Positions 57,324-64,000 of a stretch of DNA of 64,000 bases are shown here, in pieces. The translations under genes and the position numbers were made by a program. Below the pieces are notes generated by a model that searched no databases, was not told where the DNA came from, and saw only the letters and a program-made list of their open reading frames with translations. The stretch's first letter is position 1; the number at the start of each line of letters is the position of its first letter. The stretch lies in the NCBI GenBank assembly GCA_964035545.1, contig OZ037771.1, positions 1,809,628 through 1,873,627 on the forward strand, given 5' to 3'. Origin of the DNA: Bugula neritina (Eukaryota > Animalia > Bryozoa).

Positions 57324-58821
57324 AGTAAAAGTGAGAGTGTGAGAAAGTGTCATAGTTTAAACAGAACAAATGAAATTATAGTGCAATTAATTCATGTATT
57401 GTGAGAGTGAAACCCAGGCCTAGCATGGTCAAATTTAAAGTAGGTACAGAAATGTACTCAGCTTGTGTATGTAACTTCTAAAAATAAGACTCAACTCTAA
57501 GTTCAAATGTAAAAATATTCTCAATTCAAAATGAAATAATTTTATTTTATGAAACAATACACTTTGCACTGTTTTGCCAGTAGTTGTTTGAAAAATCATC
57601 TTGTTTTGTATCTGGAAAACTTATAAACAAAGCCAACTTTAAAATCAATGAATTTTAAAATAGAATTAAAATTTAAACTACTTTTATAGTCAGTGTTTTA
57701 AATCTTCCTTTTCAAAAACTTGTATAGTTTGTAGTACTCCTACCTTGTTAGAAGAACTCCCTGTATTCAATCAGTTACACTGTTTTATATTCAAATTGAG
57801 TCCTTTTTACCAACTCTTACTGAGTATTTTCTGTATTTCAGATCTGTTAGAGAGTGGAAACACAACCCGCTTCTACCAAAACGTAAATAGAAATGGTAAT
57901 GGTGGCAAAGCTCTGATAATCTTTCGGCTTTATTAGTAGTTGCAGCTTTCTATTGTGTTTATTTAAATAGGCATTCATAAAATAGCTTTTTCTCCTGTAA
58001 TTAAAATATGCAGAGTTGTAATGGACATGTTATAGAATTGTAATATAATTTTATCTATTGTAAGCATTTTTTTTCAACTTTATCGTCCTGATTGATATTA
58101 AATTACTGTGAGAAGACATATTGCAACTATCCATGCTACCATCTAAACTTTAACGTTACAAATTATTTTTTAGAACCGTTTTAAAAAAATTATCTCTCAT
58201 CATTTTTCTAATTCAATTATTACAGTAAAAAAGTACTTTAAACATAAAAACCATAAGTAACTTTTATAAGAAAAATAGTGTTTGGTAAATAGATATTGCT
58301 TGACGGTATTTAAACTAAAATCCAAATGATCTAAACAATTGTTTAACAAACATTTATAAACATCTTCAGTGAAATAATAAGCTATTAAGAATGAGAAATT
58401 TTTGTTAAATGTAGCCATAGGAAAAAAATTATGTAAACTAATTAATAGCCAATTAAGAGTTTTCAAGAATAACCCATATCAGCTATAGTGTGCCCTCAAT
58501 TAATTGTCTGTTTATGCAACAGAAATGTTTCCAGAATAGAGAATGAAACTCTCAACACAATAATTTTTGATGTGAGTACATTTTAAATTAACAGTTGTTT
58601 AAATAGAATTGAAGTATATTTTCTTGGAAAAATATGTTCAACACATAAACATAAACATAAAAGTTGTTGCAAAGGGACAAACTTTGTTACTAAATATATA
58701 TGTAAATTAATGGTACTGCGTAATGACATAAGAAATCTGAAGAAAATTATATAATGTCAATATAGTGAGAAAATTCAATAATTAAAAAGTTTCAGTCAAG
58801 CCTCTGAACTTTGAAAGCCAT

Positions 58822-58963
58822 GTTTCAATTAGTAGACTTTAGAAATAATAGGTTGGAAACAGAGGCGTAGAGTTTTGGTTGCCTTTAGTTTATAAACTAA
58901 AGGCAACCAAAACTCCACACCTCCGTGTACAACCTATTCTTTCTAAAGTCTACTGATTCAAAC
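58822..58963. repeat. Paralogous 142-bp palindrome
   Basis: Centre 58892/58893; duplicate of 44259-44400. Confidence 0.9.
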
Positions 58964-59319
58964 GGAAAATAAATAAAATATAAAAAGGCATCAAACTGGA
59001 ATGTTATAAATAATATTTAAATTTAAGGCTTAATTATTTTTATTTATTAAACAAACAAGTTCACAAAATATAAACATTATCAGAAGTTTAGAAATTGCCA
59101 CCACATTGGTGAAAAGTAGGTTTTTCTTCAAATATTTTATTAAATTAAACATAATTTCAGCCTGATTTTTGGGACACTCTCTCAAGATAGATTAATCTGC
59201 TTGAGTTTGACCTAAATTAATTCTGAAGTCAAAATGAGAGCATGCATGTAGTATACATATCTTGTGGACAGATGACTCATGTTTAATTTGCTTTACTCTA
59301 GTTTTACAAAGTTGAAATC

Positions 59320-59600
59320 ATGATAATTCGACACCAGGACAAAGAGCAGACGACTCTTGTTTTTGTATAAAAGAGAAAATAAAAGATAAAGAAACAATAT
59401 TGAATATTGGGTCAGAGGAAATACACAAACTAAAAACCAAAGAAAGAAGTCTTCATAAAAGTCTGGCTGTACATAAGGAATTCAGCAAACAATTTTCAGG
59501 AGCAACTGTTGTCTGCTTGCCTAGAGGTGGAGTGTGTTTACACACTGAAAGGAAATCAGGAATACCCCCCTACAAAACAGCAGAAAAAACTCATGCATAA
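59320..59600 (+). pseudogene. Subtype D pseudogene copy 2
   Basis: Carries the same frameshifted start and helix deletion as 44755-45038. Confidence 0.75.
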
Positions 59601-59689
59601 CTTTTAATAGATGAAGAAACTGTATCTTCAGTACCTACTAAAAAAGTTTGTTGAAAAGTTAAAGTGCCAGTTAGTCATCCTAAACAAAC

Positions 59690-59765
59690 AGCCTTCAAAT
59701 GAGATTGAACGGGATGACTGTGGATTTACCAAGCCAGTGCTCTAACCTCTAGACCACAGCTGCTC
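59690..59765 (-). mobile_element. Duplicate of the tRNA-like fragment at 45130-45202
   Basis: Carried along in the segmental duplication. Confidence 0.5.
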
Positions 59766-60327
59766 CCTATTTCCATGAAACAAATTCATTAGGTTATCTT
59801 TATGCAGTGCTTTTGATTCAATGACCAATAGCAATTAGGCACAAGCTTTCTATTTTATCAGTTATTACTTGTAGTGCAATCTTGCAAAATATGTGATGCC
59901 ATGCTACATTAAATGTACTTTGAACTGGTTTTAATAAATTTAATTGGTTTTTTGCATGTGTTTTATTCTTAAAACGCTAGTAACTCAAGTTAAATTGTGA
60001 TTCGTTCTGGAAATAACAAAATATTTGGCCTTCTGTTGCCTTGCTGGACATGCTTACTTCATGCACAATCATAGTATTCGAAAGTAATATTATTATGTAT
60101 ATAGTTATATTTTTCAAGATTTATTGAAGTTTAAAAGAATTAATTGTAGATGAGTAAATACAATAAATGAAGTAAAAGGAAAATGTGTCAAGTTACACAA
60201 TATAAAGAGATAAGAACATTTGTCAAGATAGCAGGTTAAATTAGTAAAATTAATTATACCAATTACATTTAAAAAACTAGTATTAGTGTTATAAATATGC
60301 TTGTTTATAATATTAGTAAGTTGTATT

Positions 60328-60945
60328 CTAGAGTGTCTGAAGATATTGTTCCAGGAAGTCTGTAGCTCTCTTACATTCATCTTCATCATTGAAAGCTTGA
60401 GGGAACTCATTAGAGCTAATGGAACTAGACAAGAGAACATTGTGATTAAAATTATCACTGTTGTTACTTTCTTCCATCTCTTGCATGATATTATAGAGAT
60501 CTCCTTCTTGGTCATTATCAGTGCAACTCTGTTCACCAGAGTAATCACTGGGGTTCTGTTTTTCAAGATAAATACTAAAGCTCTCCAATTCAAGGCTAAT
60601 CTCACTGTTATACTCCATTTGACCTTCCCCTTGATCTTCATTGACTTCACTTTCATCATCACTACTCTGTGCTTCAAAAGATGTGAGCACATGGGTGCAA
60701 AACCCTTCTTCTGGGTGCATCTCTAAATATTGCTTTCGGAAATTGGACTTAGACAGCAGCTTTATATTGTTTCTTGTTCTACGAATTGCCAACTGTTTTC
60801 CTAGGTTTCTTTTCTTTTTCTTCAGCACTTTCAGATTCTCTTTTCCAAGTTTCAGAAGTTGGTTTCTTTTCTCTGCCATTTTGTAGTCAATGCACGCACA
60901 TGCACTGCTACCATCTGCCCAGCTTCTTCTAATAACAACCCTCAT
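60328..60945 (-). CDS. SERTA/IER-like protein, subtype C copy 2 (205 aa)
   Basis: Open paralog of 45758-46378, differing in length by one in-frame codon. Confidence 0.78.
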   Translation of the reverse strand: MRVVIRRSWADGSSACACIDYKMAEKRNQLLKLGKENLKVLKKKKRNLGKQLAIRRTRNNIKLLSKSNFRKQYLEMHPEEGFCTHVLTSFEAQSSDDESEVNEDQGEGQMEYNSEISLELESFSIYLEKQNPSDYSGEQSCTDNDQEGDLYNIMQEMEESNNSDNFNHNVLLSSSISSNEFPQAFNDEDECKRATDFLEQYLQTL

Positions 60946-62379
60946 AGTAGTATCTGAAATAAAAAACCACACGTTACAGAAGTGCTTGCAATGTTTTTGT
61001 GCTAAAGAAAAGTTACAGATTGTAATATATGTTACCCTCAGCTAAATATTACACTTCTGTTTAGAACAAGTAAAGAATATTTACTGTAATACCACTGCAA
61101 GAACCTATATCATAGTCTTACTTTCTTATTTTTATTCAAAATTGTGGAATGAAAACAAAACTTTCATGCAATAAAAAATTTATATTTCACATAAAATATA
61201 GTTTTTATGTAAATAACTTGAACTTGTCATGAACAATTTTGTTTAACTTAAATAATTATACAACAACTCCTAGATTTTGAAATAAATTAGACTTACCTGT
61301 ACAGAATTGGTAGCTGTAGTTGCAGTAAGATTTTCCAATCAAATGAGTTTTTTTATCTAACTTATACTGAGGAATGTAAAAATTGAGGCTTCTTGTTGAA
61401 ACTGAGAGCACAACTTACTTCTACGAGAGCAAAGTGTAAAATGACTTCAAATAAAATGCTGGAACAGCTAAGTAATCATATTTAATAATCCCCAAAGCTT
61501 TCTTATTGTGTGAGAGCTATCTGGTAATTCAAAGTATTTTATAATAAAAAAAGAAATACCTTTAGTACACTGTAAAGCCTGTAAAAATATAAGCTTGAAG
61601 TGTAATTAAATGATTGTAAGCCGTAAATTACCTGAATGTAAAGATGAAACTATTGTGTAGATAGCTAAGGGATTAGGTAAGAATTCTTGGAACTGCTAAA
61701 ACTTTTAAACTGGGCTGTCATTTTCAGACCAGAATTGGTGTCAGCAAGTCAGTAATTCTTATTAGCTCTACTCGTTTAACTGCTACAGGTTGAAAAAACT
61801 CATTGTGATAAACTTACTTATAACTGCCAGTCCAGTCACTGAATTTCTGTTTTGTCGAGGTAGGTAATATATACCTTAACTTATTTAATATATTTTAAAA
61901 AAGTAAAACTACACAGAGTTGTACAAGTACATTTTATATTAACAGGAATATTAAAATAATGGAGGGAATTTTTTTGAAATAAGTTTTTCAACATAATTAA
62001 GGTAAACATAAAAGTTGTTGTATTTATTATTAAAAATGTAATTAATTGGTACTGATTCATAAGCAATATTAAAGTTGAAGAAAATAAATGTCAATATGGT
62101 GAAAAATGCAAATAATGAAATATTAACTTTTTGGTGTAAGGCTAGATTTCTGTTTGAGTATGGAAGCCGTGTTTGAATCAGAAAACTGTATTATTCTACA
62201 TTTATTTTAGTAATTTTCCAGATAGTTATTCTGAAGTTTTATTATTCTGCTTTAGTTTTGACATCAATAAAATAGTAAAGTCTAGTTTAGGAGTAAGCAA
62301 GCATAGTATACATATCTGATGGATAGAGGTCACGTGTTTAATTTATTGTACTTTATTTTTACAGATATATATTGAAATC

Positions 62380-62784
62380 ATGAGAACTCCACCTAGACAG
62401 AGAGCAGACAACTCTTGTCCCTGTATCAAGCAGAAAATAAAAGATCAAAGGCAAACAATATTGGATATTGGCTCAGAGAGAATACATAAACTAAATGCTA
62501 AAGACAGAAATCTCCATAAAAGGCTGGTAGTACTCAAAGCCCTAAAACTAGTAAACTGTCTGCCAGCAAAAACTTTTCAAAAGCAACTGTTGGCTGTTTG
62601 CCTGGAGGTGGGGGTGTGCTTGCACACTGGCAGAAACCCCCCTCTACCAGAAATCAGAAGAGCACCAGCTATTGAGACTAATACTACTGCAGCTGAAGAA
62701 CCAGCTTTAGATATATTTGTTGATGATGACACAGTAGCTTCTGTCCTTGAAGACCTTGATGAGTTCTCAGAAAGCTATGAGTGA
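62380..62784 (+). CDS. SERTA/IER-like protein, subtype A copy 3 (134 aa)
   Basis: Open paralog of A1 and A2; P>L change in the CPE motif (CLEVGVCLH). Confidence 0.75.
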   Translation: MRTPPRQRADNSCPCIKQKIKDQRQTILDIGSERIHKLNAKDRNLHKRLVVLKALKLVNCLPAKTFQKQLLAVCLEVGVCLHTGRNPPLPEIRRAPAIETNTTAAEEPALDIFVDDDTVASVLEDLDEFSESYE

Positions 62785-63604
62785 TAGTTGACTATCTTAA
62801 TCAGATAAAGGAAATGTGCTCTCCTGCACATATAATATGATACAATAGATTTATACTTAATTATTATCTCCTCCTGTTCCAACTACAGATGAGCTCTTAT
62901 TTATGCTGCTTTTATGTATGACTACATACACTGTGTTTCTTTTACTAATAAATGAATATAAATATTCATATATGTTTTATAAACACTTTATACTTGATGG
63001 GCAGGTGCTTAACTAAAAGAAGCTAATGCTAGTATATATGCAAAACAATTTCACTTATATAACTAATCACTATTTTTTCATATATATAGATGAAGAAACT
63101 GTATCTTCAGTACTGAAAGGTCTTGCAGAGTTTTTTGCAAGGTTGAAGTGCCAGTTTACCATCTTATAGTGTTTCAAATAAATAATAACTTGCACTCTCT
63201 TTTATGTTAATATATTCAGTTATACTAATTACTATTATAGGCTTTAAACCTGTTCATTAGCATTCTAAATGTCTTATTCTACCAGAAATGGGAAATTATA
63301 GCCTGACTGCTAATGATGAGAAAGAAATAGGGACTAAATTTTACAAATGAATTTATTCTCAAAGTGAACAGAGCCATCTGTTAAATACAATTTATATTTC
63401 CCAGCATATAAAAGACTGCAACTCTACATACATATACCAGTTACATAATATATGAATATAATCTTCTCAAAACACAGGAAAAGGACAGAATACATAAAAA
63501 CATTTAGAAAGAAATGGAGAGGGAAGTTGTAGATCAAAGTTTATTTACAGGCGAATGTTGTGAAGAGTTAAATCTTTCTGCATATGTTAGTTCAAGCTGG
63601 TGGC

Positions 63605-64000
63605 TCACTGATTAATTACATAGTCTAACATAGACAGTATGGCTTCATCACTTTCAGGATCATCATGTAAAGGTGTGTGAGTTGTGTCCCCAGCACTGGG
63701 TGTAGAATCACCAGCATTACTTGCATTCCCTGCAGTATTTGGTTGGTTATTAGCATGTCCATTAAGGTCATGACCCTCAAGATAGTTACTGTGCACAGCT
63801 TGACTTCCACTTTGACCCTCTTGTCTTTCTAGCTCTTCATTTTGGCCATCTTGTACTCTACTTCCTTCACCATTGTTTGAAGAATTTGAAGGAAGGACAT
63901 GGGAACACAATCCTTCTTCTGGACACATTTTCAAAAACTGCTTTCTAAAGCGAGATTTGGACAAGAAGTGAATTCTGCAGAGAGTGTTACGAAGAATCAA
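63605..64000 (-). CDS. SERTA/IER-like protein, subtype B copy 3 (5' end beyond the window)
   Basis: Open frame nearly identical to the C-terminal 130 aa of B1. Confidence 0.75.
   Translation of the reverse strand: MILRNTLCRIHFLSKSRFRKQFLKMCPEEGLCSHVLPSNSSNNGEGSRVQDGQNEELERQEGQSGSQAVHSNYLEGHDLNGHANNQPNTAGNASNAGDSTPSAGDTTHTPLHDDPESDEAILSMLDYVINQ

Overview
AT-rich, intron-containing animal (invertebrate-like) genomic DNA; nothing prokaryotic is present. Left third: a multi-exon JNK-scaffold gene of the JIP3/JIP4 (Sunday driver) family on the minus strand, running off the left edge, followed by a complete 3-exon SERP1/RAMP4 gene. Middle: a 3.26-kb non-autonomous DNA transposon (28-bp TIRs, ATAT flanks), a MITE and a tRNA-derived SINE head. 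Right half (31-64 kb): a recently expanded duplication array. Two intact TNF-superfamily ligand genes (type II TM, two furin sites, conserved intronic kB and STAT motifs) are interleaved with ten copies (8 open, one of them cut by the window edge, plus 2 pseudogenes) of a single-coding-exon family. That family has a SERTA/IER-like helical core framed by a gap-free C-x-C-x58-[C/H]-x5-C-x-H motif and an acidic tail. Order: TNF1, A1>, <B1, psiD1>, <C1, A2>, TNF2, <B2, psiD2>, <C2, A3>, <B3. This TNF plus putative metal-clasped SERTA/IER-like cluster is the best candidate for an undescribed system. All exon models were read by eye from GT-AG sites and frame continuity, and family assignments come from remembered motifs, not database searches.
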